36,515 nt of DNA from Pyrobaculum sp. (GTDB lineage: Archaea; Thermoproteota; Thermoprotei; Thermoproteales; Thermoproteaceae), in NCBI GenBank assembly GCA_046293555.1, contig JBKBOT010000015.1:261-36775 (forward strand), given 5' to 3'. The translations under genes and the position numbers were made by a program. Of the stretch, positions 20,442-30,872 are shown piece by piece. Positions within the stretch are counted from its first letter, which is position 1; each line of letters begins with the position of its first letter. The notes beneath the pieces were generated by a model, which saw nothing but the letters and a program-made list of their open reading frames with translations, was not told the DNA's origin and did no database searches.

Positions 20442-20595
20442 GAGTTTCAGCCAACTTTTCAATAGCTTCCACCAGCTCTTTAAGCCCGGCGATTTGTATA
20501 GTTACAACAGTCTCACAATTTTTCTCAGTGTCTCTTATCTGCGAAAGTATTTTTTCCAACTCGTCTTCTTCCCTCTTTCGCCTCAATATAGACAC
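20428..20595 (-). CDS. Small (55 aa) charged coiled-coil-like hypothetical protein
   Basis: Manual translation from GTG 20595: MSILRRKREEDELEKILSQIRDTEKNCETVVTIQIAGLKELVEAIEKLAETLKRG*; fills the gap between arfB and the HDAC gene; minus-strand TTTATATA at 20621-20628. Confidence 0.7.
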   Translation of the reverse strand: MSILRRKREEDELEKILSQIRDTEKNCETVVTIQIAGLKELVEAIEKLAETLKRG

Positions 20596-20647
20596 GTCTA
20601 TTTGCTACTTTTTAGCTAACTATATAAACCACTGTAGTGAGAAGGCT

Positions 20648-21652
20648 GTGGCTTACTTTTCCCCCACCTTTAAACTCCACAAGCCGAGATACAGACACCC
20701 GGAGGCTCCAGACAGACTTGACTACTTTATGGATGGACTCAGAGAGGCAGGCCTAGAGGCCGTGGAGCCAGTCATGAGGGAAGACGTGTGGGCCTTGATA
20801 GAAATGGCGCACGACAGAAGCTATATAGAATATGTCAAAAGGCTTTGTGGAGTAGAATATGCGGAGATAGATGGCGACACATATGTCTCTAGAGGCACAT
20901 GTGACGCGGCGGCGCTTGCAGTTTCCGCCATAGCAACAGCAATCGACAGGAGAGAGCCGTCGATAGTCGCCGCGCGGCCCCCTGGACACCACGCAGGTTT
21001 TGTGGGAAGGGCGTTGACAGCCCCCACCCAAGGCTTCTGTATATTTAACACCGCCGCAATTGGCGCCCTATATGTCGGCAACGGCGCGGCTGTGGTAGAT
21101 ATCGACGTACATCACGGCAACGGCACACAGGAGGTGCTCTACGAGAGAGAGATACTGTACATCTCTACGCATCAACACCCCCACACCATATATCCAGGCA
21201 CGGGGTTTCCAGACGAGGTGGGGATGGGGAGAGGCGAGGGCTATAACGTCAATATTCCCCTCCCGCCGATGTTAGGCGACGACTTGTACCGCAGGGCTAT
21301 AGATGAGGTGGTAATGCCGATATTGAGACAATACGGCCCCAAGGTCGTCATAGTCTCGCTGGGGTGGGACGCCCATAGGGACGACCCACTGGCAAACATG
21401 AACCTCACGCTAGGTAGCTACCTCCACGTCTTTAAGTCACTACTGGCGCTACAAAGGCCTGTAGTCTTCACGCTGGAGGGCGGATACAACAGAGAGGTCT
21501 TAAGGCGGGGGGCCAGAGTTCTGGCAAGTTTGCTACGTGGGGAACACGTCGAGATAGAACAGCCCACCGAGACGGATAGACGCGGCCAGACGTTATTTGA
21601 AAAAGAGCTGAGAGAGGTGAAAAACAGCCTTTCTAAATACTGGAGGCTATAG
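20648..21652 (+). CDS. Histone deacetylase / acetylpolyamine amidohydrolase family Zn deacetylase
   Basis: [52 protein letters not shown]. Likely start GTG 20648, 27 nt after TATATAAA; the ORF-track extension to 20330 looks spurious. Confidence 0.9.
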   Translation: MAYFSPTFKLHKPRYRHPEAPDRLDYFMDGLREAGLEAVEPVMREDVWALIEMAHDRSYIEYVKRLCGVEYAEIDGDTYVSRGTCDAAALAVSAIATAIDRREPSIVAARPPGHHAGFVGRALTAPTQGFCIFNTAAIGALYVGNGAAVVDIDVHHGNGTQEVLYEREILYISTHQHPHTIYPGTGFPDEVGMGRGEGYNVNIPLPPMLGDDLYRRAIDEVVMPILRQYGPKVVIVSLGWDAHRDDPLANMNLTLGSYLHVFKSLLALQRPVVFTLEGGYNREVLRRGARVLASLLRGEHVEIEQPTETDRRGQTLFEKELREVKNSLSKYWRL

Positions 21653-22496
21653 CCCCGAGAGCCTCTCTTAACAAAGGCGCCGTCTTCACCTCGGCGAACT
21701 CGTTAAGCACGGTGTCTGTACAAATCAGCCTGTCTACACAGCTGTGAACCTTCTCTCTGGCGTCTTTTACCAAAAGGCAGTGGGTAACCACGGCGTATAT
21801 ATAATCTGCGCCGAGAGTTCTGGCGGCCCTACAGGCATCTACCAAAGTCCCCCCTGTGGACAAAATGTCGTCAACTATGGCCACCCGCCTCCCGCGGAGG
21901 CTTAAGTCTAGAGACGGCGTTAGGGTAATGGCCCCAGTCTCCCTGTCTCTAAACTTTTTGAAATATGTATAAAAGGCCCCAAGCCTTTTGGCCACAGCCT
22001 CCGCCCTATGTGCCGAACCTGCGTCTGGACTTATCACCACCTCGGCGTCTATCAGCTTTGCGAACTCCCCCGCGGGGTAGATATTTCTTACCAACAGCCG
22101 CGGCGCGTAGTCAGCCACGTAGTGTTTATGCATGTCTATAGTCACCACCCCGTGTACAGAAAGGCTAGAAAATATCTTCAACATAGTTTTCGAGCTTATA
22201 GGCTCCCCCCGCCTAAACCTCCTGTCTTGCCTGGCGTAGGGAAGGTAGGGCAGTACTAACACGACCTTGCGGGCCCCCAAGTCGTTCAACGCGTCTACTG
22301 TCAAAAACAGTTTCACCAAGTTGTCATTAACGTTGGGAAATAGCCGCATCACTACCGCCGCCTCACTCCCCACGTCGGGGACTCTTGTCACCACCTCGCC
22401 GTCTGGGAAAACTCTCTCTTCTATCTGCCCCACGGGGCCCAGCCCCTCTAGCTCCGAGGCGATATCAAAGGCGTTGGGGAAGGCCAGTATGTCCAC
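21633..22496 (-). CDS. prs: Ribose-phosphate pyrophosphokinase
   Basis: [45 protein letters not shown]. Confidence 0.94.
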   Translation of the reverse strand: MDILAFPNAFDIASELEGLGPVGQIEERVFPDGEVVTRVPDVGSEAAVVMRLFPNVNDNLVKLFLTVDALNDLGARKVVLVLPYLPYARQDRRFRRGEPISSKTMLKIFSSLSVHGVVTIDMHKHYVADYAPRLLVRNIYPAGEFAKLIDAEVVISPDAGSAHRAEAVAKRLGAFYTYFKKFRDRETGAITLTPSLDLSLRGRRVAIVDDILSTGGTLVDACRAARTLGADYIYAVVTHCLLVKDAREKVHSCVDRLICTDTVLNEFAEVKTAPLLREALGAIASSI

Positions 22497-22526
22497 TAGA
22501 GGCTTGAGAAGAGGCAGATTTAAGTA

Positions 22527-23291
22527 TTAAGACCACTCTACAGCCCGCCGCAACGCCTGAGAGACCCCCCCAGCCTTTATCGCCACTACGACCAGCCTAT
22601 CTGACTCCCTGCCGTAACTCTCGCCATTAAAGCCGCCGTAGATATGCTCGATGACAAAACCCACGCTGGACAACATGATCCTCAACTCCCCCAAGCCATA
22701 TAACGTGAGCTCCAACGCCCTCTCGCCTAGGTACTCCCCCCCGCGGTATATATGCCTCAACTCTCTCACCCTGGAGGCTACGGGGTTGTAATACGCCGTG
22801 CTTAACACCCTATAGGGGCCCGCAGAAATCCAGAAATTCCACACCTCCCCCAACGCCGCATATATGTTCTCAATCTTCTCCTTGTTAGCCACGTCGATGA
22901 GGAGGCGGCCCCCCTGTTTTATGACGCCAGAAAGCCACGTCAATACCTCCAAGTCGCCCTCCTCGCCAAACATGCCAAAAGTGGAGTGCATGATATACGC
23001 CCCGTGGAAGGCCCCCCTCCTGAAGGGCAAACTCCTCACGTCTGCCTGCACCACGTCGCCAAATCTCTTCGCCAGTTTGAGATACCGAATGTTGATATCC
23101 ACGCCAACCACCACGTCTCTAGGCATGTGGGCCATATGCCTCCCATGTCCACAAGCCACGTCGAGAAGCCTCCCCCCAGCCCCCAGCGCCCTCTGTACAA
23201 ACAACGCCTCTGTCTTAGATACCTCCTCGCCGCGGTAGTGCTGCATAAAGTCTAGATATATGTCGTCAAAAAAGTCCCAGACCCAACCCAT
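22527..23291 (-). CDS. Class I SAM-dependent methyltransferase
   Basis: LLDVACGHGRH motif I, GVDIN, QADVRSLPF, KQGGRLLID. Confidence 0.9.
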   Translation of the reverse strand: MGWVWDFFDDIYLDFMQHYRGEEVSKTEALFVQRALGAGGRLLDVACGHGRHMAHMPRDVVVGVDINIRYLKLAKRFGDVVQADVRSLPFRRGAFHGAYIMHSTFGMFGEEGDLEVLTWLSGVIKQGGRLLIDVANKEKIENIYAALGEVWNFWISAGPYRVLSTAYYNPVASRVRELRHIYRGGEYLGERALELTLYGLGELRIMLSSVGFVIEHIYGGFNGESYGRESDRLVVVAIKAGGVSQALRRAVEWS

Positions 23292-24315
23292 ATAGACCCT
23301 CCACGCCGTAGACCTCCCTCCCCCCGGCGGCTTTTCTCAACCTATTCATTAAGGCCAGCCCCAGCCCCCTCTCCTCCACCGCCGGGACGAGCCCCATGTC
23401 GACACCCAACTTGTCCAGCTGACGTAACGCGTGGTATAAATTCTTGGCGGCTTCATAGAGATCACCCCCCACGTGGAGAACTCTGGCGGCCTTTGGGCAC
23501 CTCTCTCCAATACAGAGAACAGCCACCCTCAGACCTCTGGCCTCCAGAATCTCCGCCGCCTTCCCCACGTCGAAATGAACCACCACAAGGGGGGTATCTG
23601 GGGCGTAGTGTTTATACTTCATCCCCGGCGCCATGGCCTTCTCCGCCTCTACAAGACCCCGCGCGGCGGGGGGCACCTCGACGTGGCCGAGGAGTTTCTC
23701 TAGCTCTTCTACCGTAAAGGGGCCCGGCCGGAGCAACGCCGGGGGGCTTCTAGTCATGTCCACAATTGTGGACTCTACCCCAAAAAAGGCGGGGCCCCCG
23801 TCGACGATCATATCCACCTCCTCCCCCAGGTCTTCAGCCACATGTTGTGCAGTAGTGGGGCTAGGCCGCCCCGCCCTATTGGCGCTAGGGCCGGCGATGG
23901 GGGCTCCCAGCTCCTTTATTATAGCCAGAGGGATGGGATGTGCCGGCGCCCTTATGGCCACTGTGTCTAGCCCCGCGGTGGCGTATCTAGAGACAACCCC
24001 TCTAGATCTCACAACTACAGTCACAGGACCTGGCCACACCCTCTCCAGAAATCTCTCCACCTCCGGGGAGATGTGCCCCACCTCCCTCGCCGCCTCTATG
24101 GAGTCCACATGTATTATGAGGGGGTTGTCCGGCGGCCTCTTTTTGATCTCAAAAACCTTTCTACACCCCACGTCGTTTTTCGCGTGGGCAAAGAGTCCGT
24201 ATACCGTCTCTGTTGGGGCTGCCACCACGCCTCCCATATTTAGCACTTCTACCGCCTTTTTAATCACCTCCACCTCTGGCATCAACGGGTCTGTACGGAC
24301 TATTGCCACACCCAT
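23266..24315 (-). CDS. sua5: L-threonylcarbamoyladenylate synthase Sua5 (t6A)
   Basis: PTETVYGL, KKRPPDNPLIIH, WPGP, PSANRAGRPSPT, GVESTIVD, PGMKYKHYAP plus SUA5 domain. Start ATG 24315. Confidence 0.95.
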   Translation of the reverse strand: MGVAIVRTDPLMPEVEVIKKAVEVLNMGGVVAAPTETVYGLFAHAKNDVGCRKVFEIKKRPPDNPLIIHVDSIEAAREVGHISPEVERFLERVWPGPVTVVVRSRGVVSRYATAGLDTVAIRAPAHPIPLAIIKELGAPIAGPSANRAGRPSPTTAQHVAEDLGEEVDMIVDGGPAFFGVESTIVDMTRSPPALLRPGPFTVEELEKLLGHVEVPPAARGLVEAEKAMAPGMKYKHYAPDTPLVVVHFDVGKAAEILEARGLRVAVLCIGERCPKAARVLHVGGDLYEAAKNLYHALRQLDKLGVDMGLVPAVEERGLGLALMNRLRKAAGGREVYGVEGLYGLGLGLF

Positions 24316-24351
24316 GTTGAGATGTATAAATTTAAACCTGCAATAATAGAC

Positions 24352-25164
24352 ATGGAAATCACGGTGGTGGGGACAGGCAACATGGGGTCTGCATTTATAC
24401 GTAGGGCACATATGCAGGGCTTTAAGGTATATATGTGGAATAGAGACAGGGAGAAGGCCAGGGGGCTCCCCGGCGTGGCTATAGACAAGCTGGAAGAGGC
24501 CAGGGGGCTCGCGGCGATATTTGTCTCAGACGACCTGGCTTTACGCCAAGTGGCGAGAGAGCTAGGTGGGGACTACGTGGCGCTATGTGGCACATATTCG
24601 GTAGGAGCCGTGAGAGAAGTTATAGAAGAGCTTTCGTCAAGGGGGAAAAAGGCTTTTGCCATGCCTGTAGTAGGCAGCCCCCGAAATGTGGAGAACGGAG
24701 ACGCCGTTTATATAGTGGGCGCCCCGGAAGAGATCTACATGGCGGTCAGGCCGACGTTAGAAAAACTCGGCGTCTTGTTTTACGTCGGCGACAGCGAGAA
24801 GGCCGCCGCGTTAAAGCTGGCTTACAACTCGCTCCTCATATCCACAGTGGCTGTATTAGGAGAGGCCTTAACTCTCGCCACTAGATATGGCATAGCTCCC
24901 CACCAGCTTAGAGAACTTATGAGACATACGGTATTTAGAGAGGTGGCAGAGAGATATATAGACAGGATGACGTCACATGTAAAGCCAACATTTACGATTA
25001 AACATGCGGCAAAAGACTTGCGTTACGCCTCTAACGCCGCCGGCGAGGGCGGAGTGGGCAGCGTTGTGGTCAATGGGGTTAAGTCCCTATATGAGCTACT
25101 GACGGCGTTGGGCTTTGGGGAGGAGGATTACGTGAGGGCGGGGATTCTAGAAGGTGGGAGATGA
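24352..25164 (+). CDS. NAD(P)-dependent beta-hydroxyacid dehydrogenase family (3-HIBADH/6PGD-like)
   Basis: VVGTGNMG, WNR, MPVVGS, AAALKLAYN, KDL. Start ATG 24352. Confidence 0.85.
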   Translation: MEITVVGTGNMGSAFIRRAHMQGFKVYMWNRDREKARGLPGVAIDKLEEARGLAAIFVSDDLALRQVARELGGDYVALCGTYSVGAVREVIEELSSRGKKAFAMPVVGSPRNVENGDAVYIVGAPEEIYMAVRPTLEKLGVLFYVGDSEKAAALKLAYNSLLISTVAVLGEALTLATRYGIAPHQLRELMRHTVFREVAERYIDRMTSHVKPTFTIKHAAKDLRYASNAAGEGGVGSVVVNGVKSLYELLTALGFGEEDYVRAGILEGGR

Positions 25165-25412
25165 CAGCCGTGGAGTATTTCATACTTCTCCTCATGTCGC
25201 TAGTAATGCTGACGTTATTTATCTACATATTTCTACGTGGCGTGTCGCGAACAGAGGTGAAACAGCCAGAGGTCTACACAGTGGTGAGATGTGGCGACGG
25301 GGTAGAAAGAAAGAGAAAATACCAAGAGGGAGACTACGTGGGGAGGCCTGTAGAGGAATGTGGCAAAGGGGTGGTGGTGGGCATTTTTAAAGAACAACAT
25401 GGAGCCATATAG
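25161..25412 (+). CDS. Small membrane-anchored hypothetical protein with degenerate Zn-ribbon-like C-terminus
   Basis: N-terminal hydrophobic helix; TVVRC...RKYQEGDYVG...EC...VVGIF; ATGA-coupled to the upstream gene and overlapping asnS. Confidence 0.75.
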   Translation: MTAVEYFILLLMSLVMLTLFIYIFLRGVSRTEVKQPEVYTVVRCGDGVERKRKYQEGDYVGRPVEECGKGVVVGIFKEQHGAI

Positions 25413-26685
25413 ACAGGCCATACCCATAGCCGAGGCCATTAGGAAAGGCGAAGGCAGGGCCACGGTCAGGGGGTGGGTATATAGAAAGAGGGTGTTGAAA
25501 GAAAAGGCCTTTGTGGTGTTACGAGACTCTACAGGCATACTCCAGCTGGTGGCCCCCAGAAAGACGGCGGAAGACCTACATATAGAGTCGGCGGTGGTGG
25601 CCACCGGCGTCTTGGTGAAAGAGCCTAGAGCTCCAGGCGGCGTCGAGCTACATGTGGAAACAATCGACTGGGCTTATGTAGGGGAGCCATATCCCATAAA
25701 TGAAGACGCGGCTCTGGCAGACAGCGAGTATCTACTAGACTTAAGACACCTCTGGCTTAGAAGCCGGAAGATGCAAGCCATCTTGAAGGTCAGACATACG
25801 GCCTTCGGGGCGGTACATGAGTACTTTAGAAAAAACGGCTTTTTTGAGGTACACGCCCCCATGTTTATAACTGCGGCAGTAGAGGGAGGGGCCACGTTGT
25901 TTAAAGTAGATTACTTCGGCCAGCCTGTATACCTTACACAAAGCTCTCAGTTCTACCTAGAGGCCCTTATATACAGCTTGGAGAAGGTATATATAGTGGC
26001 TCCCAGCTTTAGGGCGGAGCCCTCTCGTACTAGACGTCACCTAACCGAGTTTTGGCACGCCGAGATGGAAATGGCGTGGGCACATATGGAGGATGCGGTT
26101 AAAGTGGGCGAGGAGGTAATAACATACGTGGTAGAAAAGGTGCTAGAAGAGAGGCGGGAAGAGCTAAAGCTGTTGGGAAGAAACACAAAAATTCTTGAAG
26201 GCATAAAGCCGCCCTTCTATAGGATGAGTTACGACGAGGCTGTAGAACAGCTGAGAAAAAAAGGCGTCGCGATAAGCTGGGGAGACGACATTGGCGCAGA
26301 CGAAGAGCGGGCTCTAGCCTCCAATTTCGACAAGCCCATAGTTCTATATGGCTTCCCGGAGAAACTCAAGGCTTTCTACCATAGAAACAACCCCGCCATG
26401 CCAGAAAGGACGTTAAGTTTTGACATCCTCCTCCCAGAGGGGTATGGAGAGGTGGTGGGCGGCGGCGAGAGGATTTACGACCCAAGAGAGCTGGTAGACA
26501 AAATCTTGAGGTTTGGCTTAAGGCCGGAGGACTACCGGTGGTATATAGACCTTAGGAGGTTTGGCTCTGTGCCACATGCCGGCTTTGGCCTGGGGGTAGA
26601 CAGGCTGGTGATGTGGATTACCTCTTCTGAACACATTAGAGAGGTGGTGCCCTTCCCCCGCGACGTGAGGAGAACCACGCCCTAG
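25399..26685 (+). CDS. asnS: Asparagine--tRNA ligase
   Basis: OB fold RGWVYR...LRDSTG, RHLWLRS, EGGATLF, YLTQSSQFYLE, FRAEPSRTRRHLTEF, GEVVGGGER, WYIDLRRFGSVPHAGFGLG. Start ATG 25399. Confidence 0.9.
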   Translation: MEPYRQAIPIAEAIRKGEGRATVRGWVYRKRVLKEKAFVVLRDSTGILQLVAPRKTAEDLHIESAVVATGVLVKEPRAPGGVELHVETIDWAYVGEPYPINEDAALADSEYLLDLRHLWLRSRKMQAILKVRHTAFGAVHEYFRKNGFFEVHAPMFITAAVEGGATLFKVDYFGQPVYLTQSSQFYLEALIYSLEKVYIVAPSFRAEPSRTRRHLTEFWHAEMEMAWAHMEDAVKVGEEVITYVVEKVLEERREELKLLGRNTKILEGIKPPFYRMSYDEAVEQLRKKGVAISWGDDIGADEERALASNFDKPIVLYGFPEKLKAFYHRNNPAMPERTLSFDILLPEGYGEVVGGGERIYDPRELVDKILRFGLRPEDYRWYIDLRRFGSVPHAGFGLGVDRLVMWITSSEHIREVVPFPRDVRRTTP

Positions 26686-26686
26686 C

Positions 26687-27112
26687 CTACTCCGTCTCGC
26701 TACGTGTCTTCTGGATAGATTTCGGCTCTATGAGCGCCAAAAGCCTCCACCCCTGTCTAGCCAGCCTCCTGGCGACTTTTCTCAAGGGGTGGGGAGAGGT
26801 TAACATACAGTAATGTACAATCCCCTCAGCCGTGTAGAACCTCGCCACGTAGCTCCTCCCCGCGGTGTCTTTCAACAAGTGGTCTACGGGGTATAGCCTC
26901 TTTAGGGTGGGAACTACTTCAGAAAGCTCTGCCTCTACCCGGTCTAGATATTGCCTATATTCGCTAGAAATACTTTCGCCGGGCCGTAGGCCGGGACGCC
27001 CCTTCTCGCCGACGTCTCTCAGCCCGGCGATGTTTATATCTAAAAAAACCACGCCGTAGTCACGGCGGACTTCAAGCAGGGCTATAGATCTCACAATTTC
27101 TATAAATGCCAT
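26687..27112 (-). CDS. Hypothetical protein (141 aa)
   Basis: Fills the gap between asnS and the DUF354 gene with normal composition; no motif recognised. Confidence 0.7.
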   Translation of the reverse strand: MAFIEIVRSIALLEVRRDYGVVFLDINIAGLRDVGEKGRPGLRPGESISSEYRQYLDRVEAELSEVVPTLKRLYPVDHLLKDTAGRSYVARFYTAEGIVHYCMLTSPHPLRKVARRLARQGWRLLALIEPKSIQKTRSETE

Positions 27113-27122
27113 ACTTAAAAAA

Positions 27123-28118
27123 TTATTTCATAACATTTTCCAAAACCTCGAAGATAACCCCCGTGGGGTCTTCAAGCCGCGGCGCGCCCCCCCGCCCCCT
27201 CTCTAACGCCGTGGGCAACGCCGCCAGGCACGTCTCTACGTCTTTACATCTATACAACGGTGCCCCCACCTCCTGTAGGTACCGGTCCACATGATAGGGG
27301 GTGGGGAAGTAAGAAATCGCGGGGATACCCAAAAGCGCCGCCTCTGTGGCCATAGTGGCGCCGCCAGTTATAACCGCCGCCGAGAAGTAAGCCAGCTGTA
27401 AGTGGTCCACAGCCTTCTCGACGTTCATAACGCCTTCTACCATCTGGTCGCCATATCGCGGCACGTTTACCACCTCAAGCCCCCTCCTCTTTACTTCTTC
27501 CATAAGCCTCTTTCTAACCTCGAGGGAGTTCCATCGGTAATACGCCGCGTGGCTCTCCTCAGGTCTAAACACCACATACCCCCCAGGCTCCAGGCCGAGT
27601 CTTTTCACCTCCTCCACTTTTGGCTCAAAACGGGAGGTCCACATGTATTCAAACACCCCGTTAAATGTGACTATACGCCCTGGACAAAACCTCTTCCACT
27701 CCTCCTCCGGCACTGCTTGTGGCGCCACTAACGCCTCAGCCAGCGGCAATACGAGCTTGTTTACATGCACGGCGTGGGGGGTATCGTTAAGCGCCACCAC
27801 CGGCTTCCCCAAGCCGAAAACCACCCGTGCGGCGTCGGGCGAGGGGAAGCCCACCATGCCATCTACGCCGGCGCCAATATCCACAAGCTTTATCTGCCTC
27901 TCTAGCCCCGCCGCCAATTTTTCCCGCAGCCCGACGCCATGCCGTCCAACACAGCTATATGGCACGTCATACATATCTAACATATCCGCCAGGTGGAGAT
28001 AATGGCGGCAGGTTATCACCACCTCCACACCCCGCCGCCTGCCCTCATGGTACAAAATTGCGGCTATCCTAGCCTGTTTTGGCGTAAGGGCGTCAGACAG
28101 CACCCTAATCGTGGACAT
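27123..28118 (-). CDS. DUF354-family protein (putative glycosyltransferase fold)
   Basis: [59 protein letters not shown]. Confidence 0.82.
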   Translation of the reverse strand: MSTIRVLSDALTPKQARIAAILYHEGRRRGVEVVITCRHYLHLADMLDMYDVPYSCVGRHGVGLREKLAAGLERQIKLVDIGAGVDGMVGFPSPDAARVVFGLGKPVVALNDTPHAVHVNKLVLPLAEALVAPQAVPEEEWKRFCPGRIVTFNGVFEYMWTSRFEPKVEEVKRLGLEPGGYVVFRPEESHAAYYRWNSLEVRKRLMEEVKRRGLEVVNVPRYGDQMVEGVMNVEKAVDHLQLAYFSAAVITGGATMATEAALLGIPAISYFPTPYHVDRYLQEVGAPLYRCKDVETCLAALPTALERGRGGAPRLEDPTGVIFEVLENVMK

Positions 28119-29814
28119 AGATAAACTCCAGAGGTCCCCACTTCTTCAGGAAGCCATATCTCACAAACTGTACATATTGCCCCACCTCCACCGACCTGAC
28201 TGCCGCCTCGCCGAGCCCCACCTCACGCGCCTTCCTGCCCACCGCCACCGGCTTGACTACATGTACCTCCACGGGGTCTGCCACCCACTGGATTATGGGC
28301 GCCCCCGCCTTTTTCGCCTCGTCTAGAGCCAAGCTGTGAACTCTCCCCACGGCCGTGTTTTCGCCCACCTCTAGGATCTCCACATTTGCCAACTCCATAA
28401 GTCTCACCAAAGCCCCAGGCCTCACGTCTGTCCTAGAGATGTATACCTCCACCGTGCCGGGACCCAGCCGGTATGTCCTCTCCCCCCTCTCCCTATGGCT
28501 AGGATGCAGCGGGATTTTTGCCACAAGCTCTCTCTCAGCCTTAAAGACCAGCTTTATGGGGTTTGCCACATACATGTACCTATTTGCAATAGGCTCCACA
28601 TACCTCCTGTTGTGGGCGTAGAGGTTAGAGAGAGAGATTGTGGAGTCTGAGGGCTTGATCCCCACAGACAGTATGAGCTCCCAGATGGCTTCAGGCAAGA
28701 TGCCGCGACTTCTGAGGCCAGCCAGCGTGGGTAACGTCACGTCGTCATGTCTAATCTTGAGAGCCTTTAGCTTAGACTTGCTGAGAGTCCCCCCCTCGAT
28801 TTTCAGCCTGCCGAAATGTATAGTGACGGGCTGGGGCCAGCCGAGATGTCTAAAGAGGTAAGACTGCTTTACTGTATTCACGCTGTGTTCCTGCGCCCTC
28901 AAGACGTGGGTAACCCCCATGAGATGGTCGTCAATAGACACGGCGAAATTATACGTGGGCCACACGGCGTATTTGCCTCCAGCCAGCGGATGTGGATACT
29001 TAGCCGTGTCTATAATCCTAAAGGCCACCCAATCCCTCACGCTGGGGTCGGGGTGGGTCAAATCCGTCTTTATCCTAACCACAGCCTCGCCTTCTTTCAG
29101 CCTGCCCTCTAACATCCCGTCCCACAGCTCTAAAGCCTCCTCGGGGCTTTGGCCCCTATGTGGACAAGCCCTCTGTTCGTCACGTAGCTGTCTCCACTCA
29201 TCCGGCTTACATAAGTCCACATAGGCGGCGCCCACCTCCAACAGCCTCCTGGCGTAGCTGTAGTAAATCTCCATCCGCCGGGATTGGATATACTCCTCGT
29301 CCCACCTCACGCCAAGCCACCTCAAGTCCTCCCTAATGGCCTCGTAGGCATCTACCTCTTCTGTAACCAGAGGCCTCTTGGTCCTGGGGTCTGTGTCTTC
29401 AAACCTCAAGATGAACTTGCCGCCATATTTAAGCCTATAGGCGTAATTCAAGACGGCAGGTCTGGCGCTACCTAGATGCAAGACGAAATCGGGGTTGGGG
29501 GCAAATCTCACCACGACGCCCCCCTTGACGTTTGGCAAGTCGGCGAGGGTGTCTACGCCAGGCTTTTTCTGCTCCACTCTTCTCTCCTCTAGAAGCTCCG
29601 GCCACCTCTCCCTGAGGGTCTTCAGCTGCTCCTCTAGAGACATGGAGTTCACCCTAGCCACCACAGCCTCCACTATTTGCCTCACCTCTCGCGCCCTCTG
29701 CCGCAACTCAGGCGACTCGGCCATGACTTTCGACATGACCGCCTTGACGTCTGCCCTCCCGCCGTATCTAACTGCGTTAGCCAGGGCGTATTTCAACGCC
29801 TTTTCTTCAATCAT
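28105..29814 (-). CDS. gltX: Glutamate--tRNA ligase (archaeal)
   Basis: [14 protein letters not shown] (HIGH-like), [42 protein letters not shown]. Start ATG 29814. Confidence 0.96.
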   Translation of the reverse strand: MIEEKALKYALANAVRYGGRADVKAVMSKVMAESPELRQRAREVRQIVEAVVARVNSMSLEEQLKTLRERWPELLEERRVEQKKPGVDTLADLPNVKGGVVVRFAPNPDFVLHLGSARPAVLNYAYRLKYGGKFILRFEDTDPRTKRPLVTEEVDAYEAIREDLRWLGVRWDEEYIQSRRMEIYYSYARRLLEVGAAYVDLCKPDEWRQLRDEQRACPHRGQSPEEALELWDGMLEGRLKEGEAVVRIKTDLTHPDPSVRDWVAFRIIDTAKYPHPLAGGKYAVWPTYNFAVSIDDHLMGVTHVLRAQEHSVNTVKQSYLFRHLGWPQPVTIHFGRLKIEGGTLSKSKLKALKIRHDDVTLPTLAGLRSRGILPEAIWELILSVGIKPSDSTISLSNLYAHNRRYVEPIANRYMYVANPIKLVFKAERELVAKIPLHPSHRERGERTYRLGPGTVEVYISRTDVRPGALVRLMELANVEILEVGENTAVGRVHSLALDEAKKAGAPIIQWVADPVEVHVVKPVAVGRKAREVGLGEAAVRSVEVGQYVQFVRYGFLKKWGPLEFIYVHD

Positions 29815-30487
29815 TTTCAAAAAATTTGTTCACCTCCTCTAGGTCCTTTAGGCTGTCTACAGAACGCCAAAACGCGTCTCTAAACACCAACGCCTTTAGC
29901 CTCTTCTGTTCTGCAAGTTTTGGAAATAACGTCTCCTCAATATTTCCACGGTCTGGCAGCTCTTTGATGACGTCTTTCCTCAATACGTACACCCCGGCGT
30001 TGATGAAAAACCCCTCTAGAAGCGGCTTTTCTCTAAACCTCAAGATGTGACCACTGGAGTCAAACTCCACAACCCCATATGGACTCCTTAGGGGAACTAA
30101 AGCGATTACCCCGTCTGCCCCCTCCAAAGCCTCTACGAGCTTATCTATGGCGATATTTGTCAAGACGTCGCCATTGAGGACGACGAAGATGTCGCTGTGG
30201 ATAAATGCAGAGGCGTTTTTAACCGCGCCGCCTGTGCCCAGAGGCTCCTCCTCCACGCTGTAGAAAATACGTACGCCAAATTTCCTCCCGTCTCCCAAAG
30301 CCTCAAATATCTTGTGTCGCAAATAGCCCACAGCCAACACTATGTCCACAACGCCGAATCTCCTCAGCCACTCAATTTGCCGCACCAAGATGGGCCTCCC
30401 CCCCACCGGTATAAGCGGCTTGGGGGTCTCCGCAGTGAGAGGCGCCAGCCTCTTCCCAAAGCCGCCTGCCAGAATGACGGCCTGCAC
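29807..30487 (-). CDS. Sugar-phosphate nucleotidyltransferase family protein
   Basis: [49 protein letters not shown]. Confidence 0.92.
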   Translation of the reverse strand: MQAVILAGGFGKRLAPLTAETPKPLIPVGGRPILVRQIEWLRRFGVVDIVLAVGYLRHKIFEALGDGRKFGVRIFYSVEEEPLGTGGAVKNASAFIHSDIFVVLNGDVLTNIAIDKLVEALEGADGVIALVPLRSPYGVVEFDSSGHILRFREKPLLEGFFINAGVYVLRKDVIKELPDRGNIEETLFPKLAEQKRLKALVFRDAFWRSVDSLKDLEEVNKFFEND

Positions 30488-30561
30488 GGGGTCACTAATC
30501 TACAATATTTAAATATAGTGTGGAGGGTTGGGCTATGATTTTATACACGTCACAACTCCAC

Positions 30562-30744
30562 ATGGTTGAAGAGATAGAAGAAATTCTAAAAAAATATAGA
30601 GTAAAGCCGGTGGCAATTAAAGGCACTAGGGTGAATTTCTACTGGCCTCCACAGCCCACGGGAGTGCCTATAGGCATGTTGAAACACTTCCCTCCCGACA
30701 TGTATGTGGTCTTTAGGGGGAAGACCGTTGTAGTGGTGCCATGA
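30562..30744 (+). CDS. Small hypothetical protein (60 aa), first gene of four-gene operon
   Basis: ATG 30562 is ~23 nt after TTTTATA; stop overlaps the next start (ATGA). Confidence 0.7.
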   Translation: MVEEIEEILKKYRVKPVAIKGTRVNFYWPPQPTGVPIGMLKHFPPDMYVVFRGKTVVVVP

Positions 30745-30872
30745 TACAAAAGAAAAAAGTGGCGGAGCTAGAGATAGACCCCAGGGTGTTAGAAGTCTTA
30801 AGAAGGGTGTTGGGGCCAGAGGAGGAGGTATACGTCATGCAGATAGGCAACAGGACGCGGATAATTCTATGA
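30741..30872 (+). CDS. Small hypothetical protein (43 aa), not in ORF track
   Basis: MIQKKKVAELEIDPRVLEVLRRVLGPEEEVYVMQIGNRTRIIL*; ATGA overlaps at both ends exactly bridge the neighbours; GTGGTG SD-like motif upstream. Confidence 0.75.
   Translation: MIQKKKVAELEIDPRVLEVLRRVLGPEEEVYVMQIGNRTRIIL

Noticed and set aside
20330-20647. Apparent 106-aa N-terminal extension of the HDAC
   Set aside because: Ser-rich antisense read-through over arfB and the 55-aa ORF; the TATA box supports a start at 20648.
23633-24346. 237-aa plus-strand ORF
   Set aside because: Antisense shadow of sua5 with Ser/Thr/Pro-biased composition and no motifs.
30505-30516. Palindrome ATATTTAAATAT
   Set aside because: AT-only and at the expected TATA position for the nucleotidyltransferase gene; no second copy with informative bases.
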